Of a stretch of DNA of 64,000 nt, positions 1 to 9,765 are shown one piece after another. The stretch is taken from the IMG/VR virus record IMGVR_UViG_3300035670_000049, positions 32,001 to 96,000 of that record. One strand, 5' to 3'. This DNA comes from a virus. A program made the translations under genes and the position numbers. Each line of letters opens with the position of its first letter. Position 1 is the stretch's first letter. Under the pieces are notes generated by a model that did not search any database, had not been told where the DNA came from, and saw only the letters and a program-made list of their open reading frames with translations.

Positions 1-1460
1 AAGAATCTCTTGCGGCCATACATTGTCTCACTATAGCCACGACGATATGCTAGTGCCCCAGCATCGTCCAGCCACTCCACGACTTTTCTGTAGGCATTTC
101 GGTACTTGGAAATAAGGACTTTGGTTTGTCCAGTTGTGTATTTCTTTGTACCAGCCTTTTCAGCCTCCGCATTAAGGATATCCATCAACTTGACAGAACC
201 CATTCCATAGGCTAATCCAAAGTTAATAGTCTTGGCGATGAACCTTTGCTCCTTTGTCACTGTCTCAATCGGGATGGAGAACATTGTAGCAGCCGTAGAT
301 TTGTGTAAATCCTGACCGCTTGTAAACGCAGACATGAAATTTGGGTCCTGACTCAACTCCGCGAGAATTCTCAATTCGATCTGGGAGTAATCAGCAGCAA
401 TCAGAGAGTATCCAGCCTCTCCAACGCATTGTCGAAACTCATCAGGCATTTGCTGCAAATTCGGCTCTTTACAGGAAAATCTACCTGTTTCCGTACCTAA
501 TTGGCGGAAATCCGCATGAATTCTATTCGTGAACGGATGGACGTGTCCAAGGAAGGTTTCCCCGTATGAGGAAAGAATCTTCTGGAGCCCTCGATAATTT
601 AATAACTCCTTTGCCGCAGGATGATCAATGAGTCCTATCTCTCGCTCATTTGTGGTTGTAAGATTGATACCTATGTTTGCAAGCGCTTCTTTAACTTGTT
701 TGGGACTATTTAGGTTAATCCCGTCCCTGACAAACATTCCGATCTGTTCGACATTCTGACCTTCATCAAAGAGAAGGCTATTTAACCTAAGACGGGAATC
801 CTCATGCTTCATACGGGTTTTATCAATAATGTCATTCCAGCGCCCCCGGTTAAGAGGAACGCCAACTAGTTCCATGTTTACAACAACGTTCACCAATTCA
901 AACTCTAGGTCTGCAACCTTCTCCAGATTCTTGGCTACCAGTTGTTCTTTCTGAGCATTATATATAGGAAACAGCACAATAACATCGTTAGCAGCATAAT
1001 CCAATTGCTCAGTAGTAAAGGCTGATATTCCACGGGCTTCTCCAAACGAGGTTCTAATTGACTTGTCTAGGGTAACTCCAGCATACTTCTGCGCCAAGGC
1101 TGCAAGAGAAGCACTGGAAAAGGCGTGCGTAGATAGGAGGCTTTCTGCCAAGAGCGTATCAAATACGCCGTTGATATCTGTATTATAATAATGCTTGATA
1201 AACTTGCCCTCAAATTTAGCCTGTTGAATAATCTTCGTCCATTTACGACTGGCTAAATAAGGCATCAGTGGGGTAATACCTACCTTCGATACATCAATAA
1301 CAAAGGTCTTACCCGGAAAGCCTATCTGGCAAAGAACAATCCTTGAATCTACGGGGTTAAGTCCAGTTGTTTCTAAATCGAGAGCAAAGGTGTCGGAGTT
1401 TCCAAAGCAGGAAACCACTTCATCCAGTGATCCTTCGACAAACGTATATTCTTGAACCAT
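1..1460 (-). CDS. polA: Family A DNA polymerase (3'-5' exonuclease + polymerase; no 5'-3' exonuclease), runs off left edge
   Basis: Manual translation from ATG at 1460 (RBS AAGGAG): ExoI ALDLETTGL, motif A AADYSQIELRILA, motif B AKTINFGLAYG, TMYGRKRF. Absent from the ORF track because it is truncated. Confidence 0.95.
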   Translation of the reverse strand, partial: MVQEYTFVEGSLDEVVSCFGNSDTFALDLETTGLNPVDSRIVLCQIGFPGKTFVIDVSKVGITPLMPYLASRKWTKIIQQAKFEGKFIKHYYNTDINGVFDTLLAESLLSTHAFSSASLAALAQKYAGVTLDKSIRTSFGEARGISAFTTEQLDYAANDVIVLFPIYNAQKEQLVAKNLEKVADLEFELVNVVVNMELVGVPLNRGRWNDIIDKTRMKHEDSRLRLNSLLFDEGQNVEQIGMFVRDGINLNSPKQVKEALANIGINLTTTNEREIGLIDHPAAKELLNYRGLQKILSSYGETFLGHVHPFTNRIHADFRQLGTETGRFSCKEPNLQQMPDEFRQCVGEAGYSLIAADYSQIELRILAELSQDPNFMSAFTSGQDLHKSTAATMFSIPIETVTKEQRFIAKTINFGLAYGMGSVKLMDILNAEAEKAGTKKYTTGQTKVLISKYRNAYRKVVEWLDDAGALAYRRGYSETMYGRKRF

Positions 1461-2458
1461 TCCTGCTCCTTAATAAGATTCCTAAATTGTGTTTCCCCAT
1501 CATAACGTGCGTCTGCTCCCAACTCGCTGATATCTTTCACTCCCAGCGATGTATAGTCTAGGATGTAACTATTTGGTAGCGTAGCGTGGAGTTTTTTGGC
1601 GCTTTCCTGCCCTACGGCATCATTATCAGGAACAATGATCACCATCTTCTCACGCAGAAGCATGATGTTATATCGAGGCAGATGAGAGCCTGAAAGCACT
1701 ACAGCAGGAAATCCCCACTGTCGTAGCATCAGCCAATCAAACTGTCCTTCGGCTACAAACAGGATCGGAGACTTTGAAACCTCTGTAAAGCCATAGATAG
1801 GTTTGGGCATCCTTGTACCGAGATACTTTAAGCGGTCGTTGATTACGGTCCTTCCCATGATGAAATCAACTCGTTCTGGCCCACAGAAGTTTGGTATGGT
1901 GATTCTATGAGACATGACTTCATAGCCTTGCGCATTAATGAGGCCACATTCCTGTGCGATCCTGAAATCTTCACTGTACTCAATATGAAGGACTCGTCCA
2001 TCTGTGTATCCAATTCGATATAGTCGTATTGTATCGTCACTGAGCCCCCTACTTCGAAGGTAATTGACTGCCCCAGTTGTTGTAAGAAGATTAGCATGGT
2101 AGATTGAGGATACTCGCCCCAAAAATTCCCAAGTACGTACAGTGTTACGGGTCTTAATGATTCGTGACTTCTCTGCTCTTTTATATTCATAGTCTACCCC
2201 AACACACTCTTGCGCCTCCTTGGAGGACCATCCCTTAAAGTCACATAGAAACTTGACAGGATCGCCCCATACCTGACAGCCAAAGCAGTAGTACGAATCA
2301 TTATGCGTATAAACAGTAAAGGATGGGTCACGGTCCCCTTCGTGAAAAGGACAAACCGCAACCCATCGGCCATTACTGCTTGGCTGTATTTCAATTCCCT
2401 GTTCAGTTAATACTTCAATAAGGGTCTTCGACAACGTATGGACTCCCTGACAAAGCAA
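1373..2458 (-). CDS. dnaG: DnaG-type DNA primase (CHC2 Zn finger + Toprim)
   Basis: CPFHEGDRDPSF...YYCFGC Zn finger; AEGQFD and PDNDAVG Toprim motifs. Confidence 0.93.
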   Translation of the reverse strand: MLCQGVHTLSKTLIEVLTEQGIEIQPSSNGRWVAVCPFHEGDRDPSFTVYTHNDSYYCFGCQVWGDPVKFLCDFKGWSSKEAQECVGVDYEYKRAEKSRIIKTRNTVRTWEFLGRVSSIYHANLLTTTGAVNYLRSRGLSDDTIRLYRIGYTDGRVLHIEYSEDFRIAQECGLINAQGYEVMSHRITIPNFCGPERVDFIMGRTVINDRLKYLGTRMPKPIYGFTEVSKSPILFVAEGQFDWLMLRQWGFPAVVLSGSHLPRYNIMLLREKMVIIVPDNDAVGQESAKKLHATLPNSYILDYTSLGVKDISELGADARYDGETQFRNLIKEQEWFKNIRLSKDHWMKWFPALETPTPLLSI

Positions 2459-2693
2459 TGAAAACTCTGGGACTTAACTCTCGCCAAAAAGAATCCTCAT
2501 CCTGCGTATATGCGGGATATTCCTTTGAGGGCATTACATGCTTAACTTTTCCCCCACGAATGCACTCCCAATAGCGTTCAGCATAAAACCCGTACCAACC
2601 TTTCTCATTCTGAGCCATTTCTGGATCAAAATGCTTAATTGCTAACTTCCAATTATGAACGTGATACATGGGCCTTCCGGGTCTTACCACCAT
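2415..2693 (-). CDS. Hypothetical protein
   Basis: 92 aa ORF with RBS, in operon between nrdJ and dnaG. Confidence 0.7.
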   Translation of the reverse strand: MVVRPGRPMYHVHNWKLAIKHFDPEMAQNEKGWYGFYAERYWECIRGGKVKHVMPSKEYPAYTQDEDSFWRELSPRVFIALSGSPYVVEDPY

Positions 2694-2699
2694 GTCTCC

Positions 2700-4574
2700 T
2701 TATATAACTTGTATTGATGGAATTGGGCCTTCGTCCCTCATCCACTTCACTCCTGCTTCATAGTCTATCTTGGGCTTGTATTCCTCTGGAATTTCACAAA
2801 CTCCATCAACACAGTCCATCATATTCTGCTCAGTAATTGAGGCCAATGCCTGATGAATGTCACGATTATGTACCAGTTGCTTGGCTTCTGCTAGAGGGAT
2901 TGCCTCTAGGGGCTCTTCTCCCCGTGAGCCAGCCCGGTAGAACGTCGTTCCCTTGACGTATGGTAGATATTCTAGCCATAGGTCTGATAGAGATTCAACC
3001 GAGTAGGATTGCGCGAGATTTATGGTTTTACTTGTCGCATTATCAATATGTAGTTGACATACCCTTTGCATCTCAAAGTGAGCCTCGGGACTTACATCGT
3101 ATGCTCCTTCAAGCACATCAACGTTCCCATCTTTTTCGACTAGTTCGTTCCAATGCGGATTGATAACTAATTCCTTGTCAAGTTGTCTTGAGCCATCAAG
3201 TGTAGGACGATAGAATCTTCGCCAATACGCGGGAGCAAAGATGGGCTCAATACCTGTAGAGACATTAGCAACCATGCCTGTTGTTCCTGTTGGGGCAATT
3301 GTCAGAATTGCACAGTTTCGAATACCCTTCTCTTGAATCTGGCGCTGTAGTTCTTCCGGTATCGCTCTTTGAACAAACCCGGACATTAGAAACTCTTCTT
3401 GAAAAGCAGGGAATGGTCCCTTCTCTTCAGCCAGATCAATAGATGCCTGATATGCCTCAAGTTTTATAAAATGCATCAACTGATCAACGAAGTTTCTCGC
3501 AGACTCTGAAGAATACTTATATCCCAACTTAATGAGCATGTCATGTAGACCCATGACTCCCAGACCAATACGCCGCACAGTATTGCAGTTATCTCGTATC
3601 TCTGGAAGAGGGTACTCATTTACGGATAGAACATTATCCAAGAACCTAACCGCCGTCCTGATCGTGCTAGCAAGTTGAGCCCATTCAACATGCCCCAAGT
3701 CATTGACAAACCTAGGAAGAACCAGAGCCCCAAGATCGCAGCACCCATATTCTTCCAGCCATATCTCTCCGCATGGGTTAGTCGATACCAGCGGCTTGTG
3801 ATACCATATGTTAGATTCTCGATTAGCCAGATCACCATTTAAAACTCCCGGTTCTCCGCTAGACCAAGCATTACTAACAATTGTTTCCCATAATTCCTTC
3901 GCATTCTGCTTACCGTGTTGCGTTCCTGAGTAAGTCAGATCAAACTCTTCTCCATTTCTCACCTTGTTTATGAAGGAATCTGTATTTAGCCTTTTATCAA
4001 TAATAACAGAAACATTTGCGTTATTAAGTTTGGACTTGTTAAGCTTTGCATTGATAAATTCCGGCATGTCCGGGTGTGTGATATTTAGATCAAGCATCAG
4101 TGCCAATCTTCTGCCACCACCCGACACAAGAACGTCACCAACAGCATTGATCATATCCATTAATGAAACAGCGCCTGTAGCCACACCCCCAGTGCCATTA
4201 ATACGACTTCCGCGAGGGCGAATAGGACTACAATTGACACCAACACCCCCGCCCATTCCAGAAATAACAATAACGTCGTGAATGGTCTTCCCCCACCCCT
4301 CTCGACTATCATGCGTAGGGACAACAAAACAATTAAGTAACTGAGCCCTAGGGCGACCACTTCCATACCAAATCCTTCCACCGGGCATGAACCTGTTTGT
4401 TACAATTTCTTCATAAAACTCGGCTGCTGTCGGTTCTCTCTTTCCATTCATTTCTGCTGATGCCACATGCTGCGCCAATCTCATGCTGGCATCACCCCAA
4501 TCCTCACTTGGATGAATTGTGTACCTTTCCTTAAATATTGTCTCCGCTAATCCTAACGGTTGATAAATGCTCAA
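2700..4574 (-). CDS. nrdJ: Class II (adenosylcobalamin-dependent) ribonucleotide reductase, no ATP-cone
   Basis: FMPGGRI, LLNCFV, TNPCGEI, GLGVMG, TIAPTGT, HIDNATSKTIN motifs; no nrdB or nrdG in the window. Confidence 0.92.
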   Translation of the reverse strand: MSIYQPLGLAETIFKERYTIHPSEDWGDASMRLAQHVASAEMNGKREPTAAEFYEEIVTNRFMPGGRIWYGSGRPRAQLLNCFVVPTHDSREGWGKTIHDVIVISGMGGGVGVNCSPIRPRGSRINGTGGVATGAVSLMDMINAVGDVLVSGGGRRLALMLDLNITHPDMPEFINAKLNKSKLNNANVSVIIDKRLNTDSFINKVRNGEEFDLTYSGTQHGKQNAKELWETIVSNAWSSGEPGVLNGDLANRESNIWYHKPLVSTNPCGEIWLEEYGCCDLGALVLPRFVNDLGHVEWAQLASTIRTAVRFLDNVLSVNEYPLPEIRDNCNTVRRIGLGVMGLHDMLIKLGYKYSSESARNFVDQLMHFIKLEAYQASIDLAEEKGPFPAFQEEFLMSGFVQRAIPEELQRQIQEKGIRNCAILTIAPTGTTGMVANVSTGIEPIFAPAYWRRFYRPTLDGSRQLDKELVINPHWNELVEKDGNVDVLEGAYDVSPEAHFEMQRVCQLHIDNATSKTINLAQSYSVESLSDLWLEYLPYVKGTTFYRAGSRGEEPLEAIPLAEAKQLVHNRDIHQALASITEQNMMDCVDGVCEIPEEYKPKIDYEAGVKWMRDEGPIPSIQVI

Positions 4575-5029
4575 TTTGTATCGCTCCTTTTATCTCCTTC
4601 TCCAACTTTTCCAATATATCCCCAAAATCTTGAACATTTGTACACATCACCGGATTCTTGGTAACTGCAAATGTATGGAAGATATACTTTGTGCTTTCTA
4701 GCAATAGGGGCTCTCACTTCCTTCCAACAGGGCTTCTGAAACTTACAAGGCATGAACGTCTTTGATGCGCCCTTCCTTGGCTCTACATGCTCATCCCCCA
4801 AATTAACAATTCGGTATCCGTGACTCGCAGAAATAACTTCAAGGTTTGAGGGACGATTATCATTAGTATCGCCGTTCTTATGCCGTACAGACTCGTCAGG
4901 ATAGAGAAATCTGCCTAATTCTTCTTCTGCTATAAGTATCTGTTCAGGTACATATCCTTCGCCCACAACTGCGGGATGACCGGGTTTATATACAAGAACA
5001 TAGTAATCATAAATTCTGGGTTTCTTCAC
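4571..5029 (-). CDS. HNH_3-like endonuclease-domain protein, apparently degenerate, Cys-rich C-terminus
   Basis: EELGRFLYPDESVRHKNGDTNDNRPSNLEV resembles phage HNH (HHKNGxxxDNRxxNL) but key His residues are replaced. Confidence 0.65.
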   Translation of the reverse strand: MKKPRIYDYYVLVYKPGHPAVVGEGYVPEQILIAEEELGRFLYPDESVRHKNGDTNDNRPSNLEVISASHGYRIVNLGDEHVEPRKGASKTFMPCKFQKPCWKEVRAPIARKHKVYLPYICSYQESGDVYKCSRFWGYIGKVGEGDKRSDTN

Positions 5030-5098
5030 AGGGGATACCTTCTAAACGCTGAATTACTTTAAATATGGGCTTCATAAATTTCTCCTTTAGGACAAGAA

Positions 5099-5136
5099 TT
5101 TTCGACTTGACTCTGGTATAGGTAAGTTGTTACACT
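5099..5136 (+). promoter_or_regulatory. Sigma70-like promoter TTGACT-N18-TACACT with conserved TTTTCGAyTTGACTCTGGTA box
   Basis: Direct sequence; near-identical 20-mer in the promoter at 51208-51245 (minus). Confidence 0.7.
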
Positions 5137-5228
5137 AGGGGTTGCCGGGACAGCGGTGGGAGGATATATACTAAGAGTAGTAATAGAGCATAGTACTGAT
5201 CTAAACTATGCTCTGAGGAGTTACGAGT

Positions 5229-5420
5229 ATGCTAGACTATGGATATAGAAGTAGATGCTGCTTTGCACCTATTAGACTAGGTAGAAAGAAAATAAAGAAA
5301 CTAAATAAAACTGTCATGATTTGGGTTTGCACAAAGTGCCTCTCTAGGGATGTGGACATTATACCAAAGGACGGCTCGGAGGTTCAAGTTGACAAGTTGC
5401 CGTTTTCAGAGAGAAGTTGA
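5229..5420 (+). CDS. Small Zn-ribbon protein
   Basis: SRCC...CTKC, RBS GAGGAG. Confidence 0.55.
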   Translation: MLDYGYRSRCCFAPIRLGRKKIKKLNKTVMIWVCTKCLSRDVDIIPKDGSEVQVDKLPFSERS

Positions 5421-5477
5421 CCCTGACTGACAAAATATGCTATACTGAAGAAGCGCCCAAGGGGTGCAAATGGGGGA

Positions 5478-5981
5478 ATGAATTTGAGATTATTTATTAT
5501 TGGCTGCTTAATAGCAGGAGTATTTTTCTTAGCAACACCAACCGAGGCTAAAGCTCCTTCCAAGAACTGGGAGCCATTACCAGAAAGATTATTTACTTCG
5601 TTCACAGAGGATTCTTTTAAGGAAGTCATCAGAGATGTACCTGAGCCCTCCGTAGAGCCACGTAGCGCCCCGAAACCTACGAAAGCGCCTCCAACTACCA
5701 GTCCCAAAAAATATGCTTTTAATCGGATCGGCTATCGGCAGTTTGCTTGCTTAGACAAACTATGGACAAGAGAGAGTAACTGGAACCATAGAGCGAGAAA
5801 TAGACATTCCGGCGCGTATGGAATCCCACAGGCATTACCCGGAAGCAAGATGGCTTCTGCCGGGGCAGATTGGAGAACTAACCCGATTACTCAAGTTAGA
5901 TGGGGTCTAAGATATATTGATGGAAGATATGGAACAGCGTGCAACGCTTGGAGATTCTGGCAATCTCACCACTGGTACTAA
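5478..5981 (+). CDS. Secreted lytic transglycosylase (SLT/lysozyme fold, actinobacterial type)
   Basis: Signal peptide, Pro-rich linker, CLDKLWTRESNW...SGAYGIPQALPGSKMASAGADWRTNPITQVRWGLRYI..RYG..C.AW..W..HHWY. Confidence 0.9.
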   Translation: MNLRLFIIGCLIAGVFFLATPTEAKAPSKNWEPLPERLFTSFTEDSFKEVIRDVPEPSVEPRSAPKPTKAPPTTSPKKYAFNRIGYRQFACLDKLWTRESNWNHRARNRHSGAYGIPQALPGSKMASAGADWRTNPITQVRWGLRYIDGRYGTACNAWRFWQSHHWY

Positions 5982-5998
5982 TTACATAAGTATGCATT

Positions 5999-6135
5999 GT
6001 GCAAACGATTGTCCCTATCCAGACGCTAAGTTTGATCTGGAGACAGGGTTGTATCCTTGTGGATATCGACATTGGTGCCCTTGGTGCGGGGATTGTGAAT
6101 ACTGTTATGATGAGGGTCCGCATGACTGGGACTAA
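5999..6135 (+). CDS. Small Cys-rich protein (likely start near 5990)
   Basis: MHCANDCPYPD...CPWCGDCEYC in the 5917-6135 ORF. Confidence 0.4.
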
Positions 6136-6254
6136 AAAGTGGGGCCTTCATATCGATCACCCTTGGTCAGAGTGTGTTAGAGAATATGGAGCCCCAACAA
6201 GAATCTATATAAGAACACCGAAGGTGTTTATTACCATCGCATTAGGGAGAGGGA

Positions 6255-6644
6255 ATGGAACACAGGCTTACGACTGGAAGGCTAAGATATATACCGATAG
6301 ATATTCGTGGATCACTTTTATTCCTACTTAATGCTGTAATTCTGGTTTTATTCGTTGTATTTATATCATGGGCAGTTTATCAAACTCTAACGGCCCCGAG
6401 AGAGGGAACCGTAGAAGCAACATGGATAGAGCCCGCACATTTTGAACAATACCAGTCAGGCTCCATCTGTATAAGTTATAATGCTAGTGGAGGCTGTGAT
6501 TATTCCATGCCCATCTACTCTCAGAGATGGGTAGACACTCGATGCTGGATGAGAATCAACGATACCGAAAAGACAAAGAGAAAGTGGACATGGCAGATTA
6601 ACTGCAACAATATTCCTGAAGTTGGAAAGTGGGTAGGTGTGTGA
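6255..6644 (+). CDS. Membrane-anchored hypothetical protein
   Basis: One hydrophobic TM helix, Cys-containing ectodomain. Confidence 0.6.
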   Translation: MEHRLTTGRLRYIPIDIRGSLLFLLNAVILVLFVVFISWAVYQTLTAPREGTVEATWIEPAHFEQYQSGSICISYNASGGCDYSMPIYSQRWVDTRCWMRINDTEKTKRKWTWQINCNNIPEVGKWVGV

Positions 6645-7669
6645 GAGAGTATTTTACATTTGATGATGTGCTGATACGGCCAGCATATAGCGAAGTTGAC
6701 TCAAGAGAGGAAATATCGACGGAACAAGAGTTTCTCGGTATCCCCATGAGCATTCCTGTTATTTCTGCCAATATGGATTACATAACAGGGGATGCAATGG
6801 CCTCTGCTATGCACCATGAGGGTGGATTAGGCATATTACACCGCTTCGCTCCTTGGGCCGACCAAAAGGCTAATATCGAAAAAATTTATACGAATACAGG
6901 CATTGTTGCATTCTCTGTTGGCACCCGGTTCCCAACCCAGTCCATTGATCGGATCAAAGAAGTCAGCGATATGCTGAACGGACGATACCCACAAGCACGG
7001 ATCGTCTGTGTTGATGTTGCGCATGGGCACCATAAGAAAGTGATGGACCTCATTGGACAAATCAAATCCCAATTTCCAGAATTTAGAGTTATTGCAGGAA
7101 ATGTTGCTACAGCGGAAGGAACTTCTGATCTTGTTGCAGCAGGAGCAGACGCAATTAAAATTGGCATTGGCCCCGGAAGTGTATGCACAACAAGGATTGT
7201 TACGGGCGTCGGCGTTCCTCAACTTTCTGCAATTATCGAATGCTCTAATTTCGCTAGACCAAGAAATATTCCAATTATTGCTGATGGTGGTATTCGAAGT
7301 GCAGGAGACATTGTAAAGGCATTAGCCGCTGGTGCAGATGTAGTCATGTTAGGGAGTCTTCTTGCGGGCACTGAAGAAGCCCCCGGAGAAGTTATTGATA
7401 CAGGGAGAGGTAGACGTGTTAAACGATATCAGGGTCAGTCTATCTTCGGGACAAATGACGCTTTATTTACCCGCGAAGGTATATCAGGCTTTGTCGATGC
7501 GAAAGGCCCTGTTACGAGTGTCCTTAAGCAACTCATGGGAGGGTTACGAAGTGGTATGTCATATGTCGGGGCCTTCACACTCGCAGAGTTACGTCAGAAC
7601 ACTGAATTTATTAGAGTCAGTCATTCTACCACAGTAGAGAATCATCCGAGGGTAAGTGAGTATATATGA
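6629..7669 (+). CDS. IMP dehydrogenase/GMP reductase family enzyme without CBS domains (GMP reductase-like)
   Basis: [31 protein letters not shown] (catalytic Cys), IIADGGI, EGISG; the flap lacks the IMPDH RY dyad. Confidence 0.92.
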   Translation: MGRCVREYFTFDDVLIRPAYSEVDSREEISTEQEFLGIPMSIPVISANMDYITGDAMASAMHHEGGLGILHRFAPWADQKANIEKIYTNTGIVAFSVGTRFPTQSIDRIKEVSDMLNGRYPQARIVCVDVAHGHHKKVMDLIGQIKSQFPEFRVIAGNVATAEGTSDLVAAGADAIKIGIGPGSVCTTRIVTGVGVPQLSAIIECSNFARPRNIPIIADGGIRSAGDIVKALAAGADVVMLGSLLAGTEEAPGEVIDTGRGRRVKRYQGQSIFGTNDALFTREGISGFVDAKGPVTSVLKQLMGGLRSGMSYVGAFTLAELRQNTEFIRVSHSTTVENHPRVSEYI

Positions 7670-7902
7670 CAGAATTAGATTTACGGGAATTACTAGCCGC
7701 CCTAGAACATGAACAGTGGATGGCATGGGCAAACCATATCATGGATACTGAACCAATCAGCGAAGAACGGAAAAACCGTTGGCAGCATTTCATGGTCCCA
7801 TATGCCGATCTTGATGAGATAACAAAAGAATTTGACCGCGTATGGGCAGATCGAGTGCTACATATTCTTTCAAAATGGACAGACGAGGTAATTAATAAAT
7901 GA
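7666..7902 (+). CDS. RyR-domain-like small protein
   Basis: AALEHEQW...VPYADLDEITKEFDR resembles the RyR repeat pattern (EHxxW...LVPY..L.E..K..DR). Confidence 0.6.
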   Translation: MTELDLRELLAALEHEQWMAWANHIMDTEPISEERKNRWQHFMVPYADLDEITKEFDRVWADRVLHILSKWTDEVINK

Positions 7903-8135
7903 CAGAGTTGCCCCCGGAGATGCTAGAAGCGCTCCAGACAAAAGAACAGGCACAAATGAAGCACAGTTGGATGTACTCATTCATGCCTGTTAGAAATGAA
8001 ATTTTTTTAGTTGGTTATTGCAAAGTTTGCGATACGGTAGTCTCTTCGATTGTACCGTATGATATAAAAAGAAAAGGTCTTACGATGCGGGCGTATATTC
8101 CTAAGTGGGGCTGTGTTCCTCTCGGGGAGTTATGA
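7899..8135 (+). CDS. Hypothetical protein
   Basis: Coupled to upstream gene; CKVC. Confidence 0.6.
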   Translation: MTELPPEMLEALQTKEQAQMKHSWMYSFMPVRNEIFLVGYCKVCDTVVSSIVPYDIKRKGLTMRAYIPKWGCVPLGEL

Positions 8136-8348
8136 TTCTTCTAGGTTGATCATCAACGTATCGAGATACGATGGGTGGACATACTGGGCATTCCACCCAT
8201 CAACGCGAGGATCATCAGAAAGTGGAATACTATCAGATAATTCTCGTGGTCGATACGAATGAAATACCTCTTTGGAGTCTCGACATTCAGAAGAGCAAGA
8301 CCGTGTATGTCCGTTGTGACAAGCACCGTTGCAAGGACATTTCATCAT
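8130..8348 (-). CDS. Hypothetical Cys-rich protein
   Basis: Last gene of the leftward 9947-8130 operon, coupled starts/stops. Confidence 0.55.
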   Translation of the reverse strand: MMKCPCNGACHNGHTRSCSSECRDSKEVFHSYRPRELSDSIPLSDDPRVDGWNAQYVHPSYLDTLMINLEES

Positions 8349-8617
8349 GAGTCTCCATAAAGGATATTTCGAATGGCGCTCACCAACGATTCCCCCTCTT
8401 CAGTCAAGTCAGCAATGTAGTCGAGATACTTATCTAATTCCAATGCCGCCTTTGCTAGTGCAGCATGGTTGTAATCGTGTTCAAAACGATGCCCTACACT
8501 GACACAAGTGGGACAAGCCGGATAGAAGCGTAGGCTGCATGACGCGCAAGCCCACATCGATGGTAGGTTGTCTCCGACAAATCGGAGGATAGAGGGATGC
8601 CGACAATCATCTCTCAT
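8345..8617 (-). CDS. Hypothetical Zn-binding protein
   Basis: CASC, CPTC; ATGA overlap. Confidence 0.6.
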   Translation of the reverse strand: MRDDCRHPSILRFVGDNLPSMWACASCSLRFYPACPTCVSVGHRFEHDYNHAALAKAALELDKYLDYIADLTEEGESLVSAIRNILYGDS

Positions 8618-9225
8618 CTTGGCTCCTGTGAATAATCGGTACGACGATTACCCTCTTCGTCAATATATGTTGGTCGGCGTTTTCTGCGCGGAGGTTTACC
8701 AGCCTCATAAGCGGCTAGTAATACCTTGCGGGCTTCTTCAACGTGATAACCAGATGGACTGATCTTGTCGAGAAAGAAAAGTGCAGCGCGAGCAATCTCT
8801 CTCGCATTAATACGAGCCATGTCTTCGGCTTCTTGCTGAGTGAGCATTGAATCTACGCGGGCACGTTCAGCATCTACCCCACGCTGATAGGCATCCGCTT
8901 CGATAGCCGCCCGCAACTCTTCACCGGGAACCTTGATCGTGACTCGATCATTACCATCGGGTAGAGCGCTAACCATCATCCCCACGCCCGCCAGCCTGAA
9001 TGCCTCCATGTATTTGTCATGTCGGCGTGAGGCCATTTTGTACATGCGCCTCCACTTTTTGGCGGATTGTTTCCACGCCGCACTTAGTGGATTACGGCTA
9101 ATCGGTTCAAGGGTAGAGAATTCCCATTCTCTGTCTTTTCCACAAATCGGGCATCTCCCGATACGAACGATAGCCAATTCCTCACGGAAATCTACGGCAT
9201 CCTCGCAGAAATGGGTATTACTCAT
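8614..9225 (-). CDS. Hypothetical protein (Zn ribbon + coiled coil)
   Basis: 203 aa, CPIC, ATGA overlaps, GC-rich. Confidence 0.7.
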   Translation of the reverse strand: MSNTHFCEDAVDFREELAIVRIGRCPICGKDREWEFSTLEPISRNPLSAAWKQSAKKWRRMYKMASRRHDKYMEAFRLAGVGMMVSALPDGNDRVTIKVPGEELRAAIEADAYQRGVDAERARVDSMLTQQEAEDMARINAREIARAALFFLDKISPSGYHVEEARKVLLAAYEAGKPPRRKRRPTYIDEEGNRRTDYSQEPR

Positions 9226-9478
9226 TTACATACCACTCTGGCTCAGGATGCCGATCTGCCCAATGAGAGTTCATGGAACAATAAATAATTTTTCTTTTTC
9301 CACAAACACATTCACAGGGAATGTCTAAAAAATACTTAGGAGGGGGAGGATGAGGGGGAATATAAAACTTATGAAATTCCGTCATACACTTGAGTTTTTG
9401 TATAAGAGAAGATATCGGATTAGCCATGAGAGTGGATATTCCGATGGCGAGTGCAGAATACCTTTCGGCACAGCACAC
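9218..9478 (-). CDS. Hypothetical protein (true start probably internal, MTEFHK)
   Basis: Poly-Pro, CECVC; in operon. Confidence 0.45.
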   Translation of the reverse strand: MCCAERYSALAIGISTLMANPISSLIQKLKCMTEFHKFYIPPHPPPPKYFLDIPCECVCGKRKIIYCSMNSHWADRHPEPEWYVNE

Positions 9479-9546
9479 ACGATGCTAGGTGTTTATTGAA
9501 GTTGCAAAAATGTGCAACCGTTCGACTGACGGTTTGCACCGAACAT

Positions 9547-9765
9547 TTAACGGTAGGCATGACGAGGCTCCGGTGGTGTCAGCCAGCCCAATTCAAGGAA
9601 GGCTTGCATTCGATTGGTGACACTCATCTTCTTATATGCACTATGAATATGATTCTTCACGGTCTGCGGGCTGATCCGAAGATGCTCAGCAATATCATTG
9701 CCCGTATTCCCATTTGCCAGCAGAACGAGAATCTGATACTCTCGTTGCGAGAGATGAAAATTCAC
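9547..9765 (-). CDS. Solo LuxR/GerE-family HTH regulator
   Basis: LSQREYQILVLLANGNTGNDIAEHLRISPQTVKNHIHSAYKKM; GTG start at 9765 overlaps the upstream stop. Confidence 0.85.
   Translation of the reverse strand: MNFHLSQREYQILVLLANGNTGNDIAEHLRISPQTVKNHIHSAYKKMSVTNRMQAFLELGWLTPPEPRHAYR

Noticed and set aside
200-260. Unusual PolA residue 762
   Set aside because: Motif B is KTINFGLAYG (Phe), the common state.
1373-1460. 88-nt primase/polymerase overlap as a programmed frameshift fusion
   Set aside because: polA has its own AAGGAG RBS and ATG, and no slippery site is evident.
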